Below, in pieces: positions 19,316 through 27,548 of a DNA stretch of 64,000 nucleotides. The notes beneath the pieces are model-generated. The model was not told where the DNA came from. It saw only the letters and a program-made list of their open reading frames with translations, and searched no databases. Both the position numbers and the translations under genes were made by a program. Numbering within the stretch: the first letter of the stretch is position 1; each line of letters begins with the position of its first letter. Location: assembly GCF_032051575.1 (NCBI RefSeq), contig NZ_DAMBYD010000005.1:153528-217527 (forward strand), in the 5' to 3' direction. This DNA is from Aminipila sp. Lineage in GTDB: Bacteria; Bacillota; Clostridia; Peptostreptococcales; Anaerovoracaceae.

Positions 19316-21511
19316 TTATGTTATAGCTCTATATACATCAGCTACACCTGGTACGCTTCTAAGCGAGCGTAAAACCTTTTCCATCTGATTTGTGTTTGAA
19401 ATAGATAGAGTCATAGTAATGTTTATAATTTGATCTTTAGCACTCTTTGCATTAACACCTGTAATATGAACGTCCATATCTTCACAAACTCTGGAAAGGT
19501 CTGAAAAAAGTCCTTTTCGATCCTCTGAAAGAATGCAGATATCGGCATTATAAGATTTAGTGTCTTCATTTGCATCCCATTCTACTTCAATAAATCTATT
19601 TCTTTCAATTTCAGGCATAGTAAGTATGTTTACACAGTCTTTCCTATGTACTGAAATACCACGCCCTTTAGTTATAAATCCAACGATTTCATCTCCAGGT
19701 ACAGGATTGCAGCACCTTGAGAAACGAATAAGGAGATTATCAACCCCCTTAACAGAAACCCCTGTCTGGTCTTTATTATTGTTTTGTTTTTTCTTTTTTT
19801 CATTTACAGTAATATTTGTTATGTTGTTTTCGGTTTTTTTAAGTTCCTCTTGTTTTTCCTCATGAAAATAGCCAATAAGAGTAATTGCAACCCTTCCCAA
19901 GAAAGCTCCACCATAACTCACCTGTGTAAATAAATCATCATGTGAAGTAAGATTTAAATTTTTAACGAGTTTATTAATATATGAATTTTTCATTATATGG
20001 ATAGGATCATAGCCTTTTTTTCTTAGATATTTTTCTAGGAGGTCTTTCCCTTTTTCAACATTATCTGATTTGTTTTCTTTCTTTAAAAAGCCTCTAATCT
20101 TATTCCTGGCATGGCTGCTTTTAGCAATTTTTAGCCAATCAGTGCTAGGTCCCTTAGAATTGGATGAAGTAACTATCTCAACAATATTACCGTTTTCAAG
20201 TCTATGGTCAATTGGTACCATTTTACCATTAACCTTAGCACCAACACATTTATAGCCCACAGCTGAATGAATTTTAAATGCAAAGTCTAACGGTGTAGAA
20301 CCTGCAGGTAATTCTATAACATCGCCTCCAGGAGTAAATACAAATACCTGGCTTGCAAACAAATCAACCTTAAGCGTTTCCATGAATTCTTTTGGATCAT
20401 TCATTTCTTTTTGCCATTCAAGGGTTTGTCTTAACCAAGCCAGTTTTACTTCTTCTCCATTTACCTCTTTAGAGGATATTCCCTCTTTGTATTTCCAATG
20501 AGCGGCTATACCAAGCTCTGCGACTTTATGCATATCATAAGTCCTTATTTGGATTTCAAATGGTTCTCCATTATCTCCAATTACAGTAGTATGCAAAGAT
20601 TGATACATATTCGGTTTGGGCATTGCTATATAATCTTTAAATCTGCCTGGGATTGGTTTCCACATAGTATGAACTATACCAAGTACGGCATAACAATCTT
20701 TAATGGTATCAACTATAATTCTTACAGCAGTTAAATCAAATATCTCGTCTATCTGTTTATGCTGATATTTCATTTTTTTATAAATACTGTAAAAATGTTT
20801 CGATCTGCCATTTATATCATAATGGATTTTAAGATCATCTAAACTACTCTTTATTTCATCAATTACTTGATTAATTAGTTCTTCTCTTTCTTCCTTTTTT
20901 GCTTTTACCGCATTAACTAACTCATAATAAGCTTCTTTATCAAGGCATTTAAGAGCAATATCTTCTAACTCAAATTTCATAGTATAGATGCCCAATCTGC
21001 TTGCCAGTGGTGCATATATTTCAAGAGTTTCTCTACATTTATCAATTATCTTATTTTCATTCATATAATTGATTGTTCTAAGATTATGAAGTCGATCCGC
21101 TAGTTTAATGATTAGGACACGAATATCTTTAGACATGGCCAAAAACATTTTTCTAAGGTTTTCGGCCTGTCTTTCTTCTTTACTTTCAAAAACAATGGAA
21201 CTAAGTTTTGTAACTCCATCAACTAGTAACATTATTTCTTCGCCAAAGTCTTCTTTTAAGTCTTCTTTTGTGTATGGAGTATCCTCGACGACATCATGAA
21301 GTAAACCTGCGACAATTGTATTTTCGTCCATACCAATTTCAGCTAATATTTTTGCAACTGCAACTGGGTGGATTAAATACGGCTCTCCAGATTTTCTTAA
21401 TTGCCCTTCATGCATTTTTTCAGCTTTTTTATAAGCTTTGCTTATTAACTCCACATCGTAATTGGGGTTAATAGCGAAAAGGTCGTCTAAAAATTGTTCC
21501 ATACTTAACAT
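19316..21511 (-). CDS. relA: Bifunctional (p)ppGpp synthetase/hydrolase (RelA/SpoT homologue)
   Basis: 731 aa. The HD hydrolase region is HPVAVAKILAE...LLHDVVEDT. The synthetase region is YRSLHTTV-like (YQSLHTTVIG). TGS and ACT C-terminal domains follow. Confidence 0.95.
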   Translation of the reverse strand: MLSMEQFLDDLFAINPNYDVELISKAYKKAEKMHEGQLRKSGEPYLIHPVAVAKILAEIGMDENTIVAGLLHDVVEDTPYTKEDLKEDFGEEIMLLVDGVTKLSSIVFESKEERQAENLRKMFLAMSKDIRVLIIKLADRLHNLRTINYMNENKIIDKCRETLEIYAPLASRLGIYTMKFELEDIALKCLDKEAYYELVNAVKAKKEEREELINQVIDEIKSSLDDLKIHYDINGRSKHFYSIYKKMKYQHKQIDEIFDLTAVRIIVDTIKDCYAVLGIVHTMWKPIPGRFKDYIAMPKPNMYQSLHTTVIGDNGEPFEIQIRTYDMHKVAELGIAAHWKYKEGISSKEVNGEEVKLAWLRQTLEWQKEMNDPKEFMETLKVDLFASQVFVFTPGGDVIELPAGSTPLDFAFKIHSAVGYKCVGAKVNGKMVPIDHRLENGNIVEIVTSSNSKGPSTDWLKIAKSSHARNKIRGFLKKENKSDNVEKGKDLLEKYLRKKGYDPIHIMKNSYINKLVKNLNLTSHDDLFTQVSYGGAFLGRVAITLIGYFHEEKQEELKKTENNITNITVNEKKKKQNNNKDQTGVSVKGVDNLLIRFSRCCNPVPGDEIVGFITKGRGISVHRKDCVNILTMPEIERNRFIEVEWDANEDTKSYNADICILSEDRKGLFSDLSRVCEDMDVHITGVNAKSAKDQIINITMTLSISNTNQMEKVLRSLRSVPGVADVYRAIT

Positions 21512-21546
21512 TTGATTTTCCTTTAACTGCTATACCTAAACTAAAA

Positions 21547-23757
21547 CTAATTTGATTTTTTTGATAACTTTCCCTGATATTTAGCACCACCTGAAAACTT
21601 ACTTAATTCATAAAATATAGGACTACACATAAAGATTGATGACATCGTTCCTACAAGAACACCAATAAATAATGGTAACATGAATTCTCTTATTGAACTT
21701 GAAGTTAGAACATAAAGAGGTATCATAACGACTAAAGTTGTTGTAGAAGTCATAATTGAACGGGAAAGAGTCTCGTTAATACTAACATCAATTAATTCTT
21801 CAAGTTTATTCTTCTTCATTATTCCTAAGTTTTCTCTGATTCTATCAAATATTACAATGGTATCATTTATGGAATAGCCTACAACGGTTAAAACACCTGC
21901 AATAAACGGACTGTTTACGGTTACGTGGAAAATTCCGTAAAATGCAATAACCGTTAAAACGTCATGTAACACACCCGCAATCGCAGCAACACCAAATTTC
22001 CATTGGAATCGAATGCTTACATAAATTAACATACCTAAAGCAGCAATCAATACTGACTTTACTGCATTATTTCGAAGATCTTTACCTACAGAAGGTCCAA
22101 ATTGTTCTACGGATAATACATTTTTTTCTGTAATACCGTAGTCTTTATTAAATTGAGCTATAACCTTATTTCTATCCGCATTATCCAATGAAGTCATAGT
22201 TCTAATGATAATGTCAGTATTATTTTCACCTGCATATACTAAATTCGCTGATTTAATACCAACTGCTTCTAAAGATTGATCTATTTTAGTAAGTTCTACT
22301 TGTTTTCCCATGTCAAATTGCATCATAGTACCACCAGTAAAGTCTATACCATAGTTAAATCCTCTAACTCCACCTATAACAAGGCCAGTTATAATTACAC
22401 AAGCCGCAATAGCATAATATATCTTTCTATGCTTAATAAAGCTAAATTGTCTTCTAATTGCAAACTTTGGTGTGTTGTCTTCATTCATTCCAAAGTATTT
22501 CTTAGTGCCAAAAGTTTTTGACTCACTAATTAAACCCAAATATAATTGTGTGATAATAGTTGCAGTAAATATACTTGCCACAATACCAATCATAAGTGTC
22601 ATAGCAAAGCCCTTAACTGAACCTGTACCAAACTGATATAATACTATTGCTGCAATTATTGTTGTAATCTGTGAGTCCATAATAGTACTTAAAGCTCTTC
22701 TAAAACCTGACTGTACAGCAACTCTTACAGATTTTCCATTTGTAATTTCTTCCCTAATCCTTGTAAAGATAATAACGTTTGCGTCAACTGCCATACCTAC
22801 GGAAAGAATAATACCAGCAATGCCCGGCAATGTTAAGACACTACCCATGAGAGCCATAACCCATAGAATAATTAATACATAAAGTAATAAAGCAATATTT
22901 GCTGCAACGCCCATTATTCCGTAAAATACAAGCATAATAATAATAATTAATGCAATTGCAATAAGTCCTGCTATTACACTCATCTCAAATGCATTATAGC
23001 CAATTGTTGCAGTTTGTGTAGATGTATTCACTTCCGTCAACGCTACTGGCAGAGAACCGCCTCTGATTAAAGCTGAAAGGTTAGTTGCTTCATCCTGAGG
23101 GAAACCACCAGCTCCTCCTGTAATAATAGCCTGTCCATTCTGAATAACAGAATTTACAACAGGAGCAGAAATAATCTTATCATCTAAAACAATAGCAATA
23201 GCTTTAGGAAGAACATTTGGAATTTTAGCTTCTACAGTTCCTGATAATGCCTTTTGTGTAGCCTGTGCAAAAGCATCCGTACCATTCTTATCAAATTCTA
23301 GTGAAACAGCATATCCACCATTTTCTTTATCTGCTGTAATTCCAGCGTCTTTAACCATGCTTCCGTCAAGTACCATGGTGCCATCGGCTAAAAAGAATTG
23401 TAACTGAGCAGTTCTTCCAATCTGTTTGATTGCTTCATCTGCATCTTCTGCACCTGGAAGCTCAATTCTGATTCTTTTTTGACCTTCAATGGTTACTACT
23501 GGTTCAGATAGACCCATTTGGTTTACTCTCTGCTCAATAACAGCTTGTGTTTGTTCCATTAATTTTTTTAGTTCATCACCAGTGGCTTTTGTTTGTGCTT
23601 CCATAACGACATAAACGCCACCCTTGATGTCTAGACCCAGCTTTATTTTATCTTTAATGGCTGGAATGGGTCCTGCACCTAATATGGTTACTGCCCACCC
23701 CAACAGAATAATAATAATTACAAAGACCGATAAAGCTTTTCTCATTTGTACGCTCAT
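21547..23757 (-). CDS. secDF: Protein translocase subunit SecDF (fused)
   Basis: 736 aa with two 6-TM RND-like halves and periplasmic domains. GLDIKGG and GIDFTGG are the SecD and SecF signatures. Confidence 0.95.
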   Translation of the reverse strand: MSVQMRKALSVFVIIIILLGWAVTILGAGPIPAIKDKIKLGLDIKGGVYVVMEAQTKATGDELKKLMEQTQAVIEQRVNQMGLSEPVVTIEGQKRIRIELPGAEDADEAIKQIGRTAQLQFFLADGTMVLDGSMVKDAGITADKENGGYAVSLEFDKNGTDAFAQATQKALSGTVEAKIPNVLPKAIAIVLDDKIISAPVVNSVIQNGQAIITGGAGGFPQDEATNLSALIRGGSLPVALTEVNTSTQTATIGYNAFEMSVIAGLIAIALIIIIMLVFYGIMGVAANIALLLYVLIILWVMALMGSVLTLPGIAGIILSVGMAVDANVIIFTRIREEITNGKSVRVAVQSGFRRALSTIMDSQITTIIAAIVLYQFGTGSVKGFAMTLMIGIVASIFTATIITQLYLGLISESKTFGTKKYFGMNEDNTPKFAIRRQFSFIKHRKIYYAIAACVIITGLVIGGVRGFNYGIDFTGGTMMQFDMGKQVELTKIDQSLEAVGIKSANLVYAGENNTDIIIRTMTSLDNADRNKVIAQFNKDYGITEKNVLSVEQFGPSVGKDLRNNAVKSVLIAALGMLIYVSIRFQWKFGVAAIAGVLHDVLTVIAFYGIFHVTVNSPFIAGVLTVVGYSINDTIVIFDRIRENLGIMKKNKLEELIDVSINETLSRSIMTSTTTLVVMIPLYVLTSSSIREFMLPLFIGVLVGTMSSIFMCSPIFYELSKFSGGAKYQGKLSKKSN

Positions 23758-23959
23758 TTTAATTTTCCCCTCTATTTTCTAATGTTTTATCATACAAGCT
23801 TCCCGCAGTATGATTTATTGCTGATTTCTCATGGCAAAGCCAAATGTATTGTAATCAACATTATATAAAATACTACACCTAGTATTTATAATCAAAAGTA
23901 CTTCATATTATTTTACTACTTTTTGCGTATTTCCACAAGTACAAATCACTGCAAAATAG

Positions 23960-24325
23960 CTATTTTTTCGCATTTACACCTATTATACCGCCAATACCGC
24001 CAACTATTACAGGAATCATATATTGTATATTAAAGCTATCCAATGTCAGATCTTGAAAGTACGTACAGTTTATACCGAAAATAATCAAAAAAACAAAAAT
24101 AGTAGAAAAGCCTATCGCGGACATAAGTCCCCTTTTTCCTATTAATTTCCCCGAAAATATGCCCAAAAACAATGTAGCGATGCACATTGCTACAATTAAA
24201 TAATAAATTGAGAAGCTTTCAGGCATTGATGTGAATTTAATAAACATTGTGATTGCAACAGTTAAAATTAAAAATATAATAAAAGCTATTAAATAACCTT
24301 TCACTAGTTTACAAATAAAGTTCAT
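23960..24325 (-). CDS. Small 4-TM membrane protein, function unknown (possibly TIGR04086-like)
   Basis: 121 aa with four hydrophobic helices and a glycine-rich last helix (VIVGGIGGIIGV). It lies between yajC and secDF. Confidence 0.5.
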   Translation of the reverse strand: MNFICKLVKGYLIAFIIFLILTVAITMFIKFTSMPESFSIYYLIVAMCIATLFLGIFSGKLIGKRGLMSAIGFSTIFVFLIIFGINCTYFQDLTLDSFNIQYMIPVIVGGIGGIIGVNAKK

Positions 24326-24402
24326 AATATTCCCTCCTAATATTTTACAAGATTTACACTGTAGATATTCTTAATTATATTGATTTTTAAAGGGAATCAG
24401 AA

Positions 24403-24433
24403 CTAAAAAAAACCCCTGCAGTTATTGCAGGGG
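24403..24433 (-). terminator. Intrinsic terminator after yajC
   Basis: On the minus strand CCCCTGCAATAACTGCAGGGG forms an 8-bp GC-rich stem followed by T8-T10. Confidence 0.7.
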
Positions 24434-24445
24434 AAATAATCTTTT

Positions 24446-24886
24446 TTATTTTTCTTCAACTTCTTCTACAGGTGAACTTTCCTGAGCAGTATTTTCTTCC
24501 ATTATTGTGGGTTCTGCTTCATTTTCTTCACTAGCTTTCTTCATTCTTTTAGGAAGTGCTTTTTTAGGAGCTTCTTCAGTCTCTTCAACAGGTTTAGCCT
24601 TCTTTGAGGAAGTCTTGGATTCATCACTGTTTATGACCTTAGAAACAGACCATTTCATCATTTCAAATTTAAGCTTTTCAGCTCCAACCTGGATAACGAT
24701 TGTTTCTTCTTTTACTTTAACTACTTTTCCGCAAATACCACCAATGGTAATTATTTCATCACCAGCTTTAATATTGCTTCTCATTTCATTAACTGCTTTT
24801 TCTTTCTTCTTCTGCGGTCTGATTAACAAGAAATACATGATTAGTATTAAAAGAACCAACGGCAATAAACTTTGTAACGATCCCAT
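24446..24886 (-). CDS. yajC: Preprotein translocase subunit YajC with an extended charged C-terminal tail
   Basis: The N-terminal part LLILIMYFLLIRPQKKKEK...GDEIITIGGICGKVV is canonical YajC. About 55 extra Lys/Glu-rich residues follow. Confidence 0.85.
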   Translation of the reverse strand: MGSLQSLLPLVLLILIMYFLLIRPQKKKEKAVNEMRSNIKAGDEIITIGGICGKVVKVKEETIVIQVGAEKLKFEMMKWSVSKVINSDESKTSSKKAKPVEETEEAPKKALPKRMKKASEENEAEPTIMEENTAQESSPVEEVEEK

Positions 24887-24948
24887 TTCGTAACTCCTCC
24901 TTGTGTAATATCTAAAATCAAAATGTGATTAACTTGTTAATAAAAAAA

Positions 24949-25035
24949 TGGTGCCGGCGATGGGGGTCGAACCCATACGGTGTTGCCACCACGGGATTTT
25001 GAGTCCCGCACGTCTGCCAATTCCATCACGCCGGC
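24949..25035 (-). tRNA. tRNA-Leu (anticodon CAA), CCA encoded
   Basis: The reverse complement folds as GCCGGCG-TG-D arm-CGGGA CTCAAAA TCCCG-15-nt variable arm-ATGGG TTCGACC CCCAT-CGCCGGC-A-CCA. It is 87 nt and a type II tRNA. Confidence 0.9.
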
Positions 25036-25046
25036 GCATTGTTATA

Positions 25047-25075
25047 ATTGTATCATAACACTTTCTAAATTTCAA
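25047..25075 (-). promoter_or_regulatory. Sigma-A type promoter for tRNA-Leu(CAA)
   Basis: On the minus strand TTGAAA-17 nt-TACAAT places the predicted start about 5 nt upstream of the mature tRNA 5' end. Confidence 0.45.
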
Positions 25076-25113
25076 GTACAAATATATTATTAAAAATAAT
25101 TATGTCCAATTAA

Positions 25114-25195
25114 TGGTGCGCCCGACCAGACTTGAACTGGTACGATTGCTCACACGCCCCTCAAACGTGCGCGTCTGCCATTCCGCCACGGGCGC
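25114..25195 (-). tRNA. tRNA-Leu (anticodon GAG), CCA encoded
   Basis: The reverse complement folds as GCGCCCG-TG-GCG GAATGGCAGA CGC-G-CACGT TTGAGGG GCGTG-11-nt variable arm-ACCAG TTCAAGT CTGGT-CGGGCGC-A-CCA. It is 82 nt with a Leu-type D loop. Confidence 0.85.
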
Positions 25196-25258
25196 AAACC
25201 ATAAATCACGAAAATTATAATAGCATAATTTCAAAAAAAAGTAAAGAGTTTATATGGA

Positions 25259-26929
25259 TTATTCATCTTCCAAAGTCTTGTTTGTATTGGAATCAACAAT
25301 TACTGATGTCTCTGATACTGGATATTTGCAATACCAGCTTTCACAGTCATTGTAAACATTGTTAAACATATAACTATTATTATTTCCATTCAAGCATTCT
25401 GCATTCAAAGCCCCATATGTTTTGTATAAAATACAGTAATATGGTAACTCATCTATGATTATATCTTTTATAGCTTTGATATTTTCTACTTTTTGTTCCT
25501 GTGTTATTCCTGATTTTAATTTATCCAAAAGTTTATCAACCTTTTCATTTGAATAACCAATTGCATTATTATAATTTGAATGAAGCAGGCTCCTCAAATC
25601 GTAAGTTTCATTAATCTTCATTCCACCTACAAATATATCATAATTCTTTGAGTGTAACTTACTATTAAAATCTGCTAAATCAGTAGCATAAGTGATACGA
25701 CTTGAAATAGACAATTTGTCTATGGAAGCCTTTATAGCTTCAGCCGCTATTTTTCTGCTCTGATCTGCACCATTTACCAGTATATCCACAGTAAGCTCAT
25801 TTTCATTTTTATCTTCTACATATCCATTTTCATCTCTATCCAGATAATTCGCTGATGTTAATAATTTCGTTGCTTTCTCTAAATTGTATTTATAATGATC
25901 ACCAGTATTCTTAATGCCTAAATACCCTGGGAAATATATAGTGTCACAAGCTATGCCATTTTTATAGTAAGCGCTCTCATTTAAGGACTTAGTATCAATA
26001 GCATAAGCTATTGCCTTTCTGACTTTTTTATTTGCCATAGCCTCTCTTGAAAAATTATAACCTACAACTTCAACTTCATTTGAAACAAAATTAGAGGTGG
26101 TTATTTTTTTGTCAGAAACTAAAGTGTCTCTAGACAATTCTTCTAAACAACCTAAAGAAATATTATTTACTTCTAATAGAGGTATAACATCATCTCTCTC
26201 TGGTAAAACAGTAAAACACAACGTATTTTTTGGCTTTACACCAGTATAATTTTCATTTGCAACTAACTTTAATTCAGAAATATCATTATATTTTTCTATT
26301 GCATAAGCACCTGAACCAATAGGGATAAACTCACTTGAAGTAACCTTTGCAGCAGAATATTTCCCAAAGTTTCTCTCTGATACTATAGGGAATACGAAGT
26401 TCTCCATAGAAACATCACTTTTATCTTTAAATTTTACCACAACGGAATACTTATCATTTTTCTCTACTGATACAGACTTGATGTTGGATACGTAGCTACT
26501 ATAAATTGTATTATTAGATGCAGCAGCAGCAATATAATTGTCAATAGAATATTTTACATCCTCTCCTGTGACATTAGATCCATTACTAAAATAAGAATCT
26601 GTTTTTATTTCAATGGTCACTGACATTTTATCAGCAGCATAATTATAGTTGCTAGCCAATCCATTTGTCAAAGACAAATTCTCATCTAAATTAAACAAAC
26701 TTTCAAAAATCAATTTGCTAATCTGATAGGTGTCAGAATCCTTTGACGTAATAGGATTAAGAGTTCTGACTTTTTCCATAGGTAATTTAACCGTCTGAGA
26801 TTCAGTATAAACCACTTTTTCTTTATCTGATTTATTCAATAAATTGTATACCTGTCCATGTTGGCTATAAACAATTATTCCAATACAAATCATTATAGCA
26901 AAACTTATAATTAATACTTTTTTAACCAT
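25259..26929 (-). CDS. ABC transporter substrate-binding protein, family 5 (peptide/nickel type), with no adjacent permease or ATPase genes
   Basis: 556 aa with an N-terminal signal anchor (VLIISFAIMICIGIIVY). Its length and segments such as GSGAYAIEKY and NEKVDKLLDKL are typical of OppA/DppA-like SBPs. Confidence 0.7.
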   Translation of the reverse strand: MVKKVLIISFAIMICIGIIVYSQHGQVYNLLNKSDKEKVVYTESQTVKLPMEKVRTLNPITSKDSDTYQISKLIFESLFNLDENLSLTNGLASNYNYAADKMSVTIEIKTDSYFSNGSNVTGEDVKYSIDNYIAAAASNNTIYSSYVSNIKSVSVEKNDKYSVVVKFKDKSDVSMENFVFPIVSERNFGKYSAAKVTSSEFIPIGSGAYAIEKYNDISELKLVANENYTGVKPKNTLCFTVLPERDDVIPLLEVNNISLGCLEELSRDTLVSDKKITTSNFVSNEVEVVGYNFSREAMANKKVRKAIAYAIDTKSLNESAYYKNGIACDTIYFPGYLGIKNTGDHYKYNLEKATKLLTSANYLDRDENGYVEDKNENELTVDILVNGADQSRKIAAEAIKASIDKLSISSRITYATDLADFNSKLHSKNYDIFVGGMKINETYDLRSLLHSNYNNAIGYSNEKVDKLLDKLKSGITQEQKVENIKAIKDIIIDELPYYCILYKTYGALNAECLNGNNNSYMFNNVYNDCESWYCKYPVSETSVIVDSNTNKTLEDE

Positions 26930-26942
26930 ATTCTTATTTTCC

Positions 26943-27530
26943 TTATTTACTTTCCAATAATTTGTCTATTTGTTCATACAAAGCTTCTGTAGTAGTGGAA
27001 TTATCCAATACATAACTTGCTCTCTTATGTTGTTCTTCCCTGCTCATTTGTTTTTCTACTCTTGCCAGAACTTCCTCTCTTGTAGAGCCATCTCTTTTTA
27101 TAACTCTTTCAATTCGGATTTCATCTGTAGCATCCACTACCCAGGTTTCATGTGATTTTTTATCCAGGCCAGTCTCAAAGAGTAATGGAGCATCAATAAA
27201 AATTAAGGTTTTACCCTCTTTGTCATATGACTCAATTTCTCTCAGAATAGTTTGTACAATTTCATTAAGCATAATATGGTCAAGCTTTTCTTTTTGTTCC
27301 TTACTTGAAAAAGCAATTGTAGCTAAGTGTTTCCTGTTTAAACTGCCGTCTTGGTTTAAAATATTCTTACCAAAACAATCAACAAGTGTAGACAATATTT
27401 CTGAAGCAGGTTTTACCATTTGTCTGGCAATTTTATCAGCATCTATGATGGGATAACCCCTTTGTAATAAATAATTTGAAATGGTTGACTTTCCACTTCC
27501 GATGCCGCCTGTTAGTCCTATTATTTTCAT
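26943..27530 (-). CDS. coaE: Dephospho-CoA kinase
   Basis: MKIIGLTGGIGSGKST P-loop. The protein is 195 aa and the DAPLLFE motif is present. Confidence 0.92.
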   Translation of the reverse strand: MKIIGLTGGIGSGKSTISNYLLQRGYPIIDADKIARQMVKPASEILSTLVDCFGKNILNQDGSLNRKHLATIAFSSKEQKEKLDHIMLNEIVQTILREIESYDKEGKTLIFIDAPLLFETGLDKKSHETWVVDATDEIRIERVIKRDGSTREEVLARVEKQMSREEQHKRASYVLDNSTTTEALYEQIDKLLESK

Positions 27531-27548
27531 TACTGCATCACCTTCTAC

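Noticed and set aside
25114-25195. Reading the second tRNA as tRNA-Ser(UGA), from the TTTGAGG string in the anticodon region
   Set aside because: That register gives an A-C mismatch in the anticodon stem. The register CACGT/TTGAGGG/GCGTG gives five pairs, a U33 and anticodon GAG. The acceptor stem and the D loop (GGCGGAATGGCAGACGC) are Leu-type, not Ser-type.
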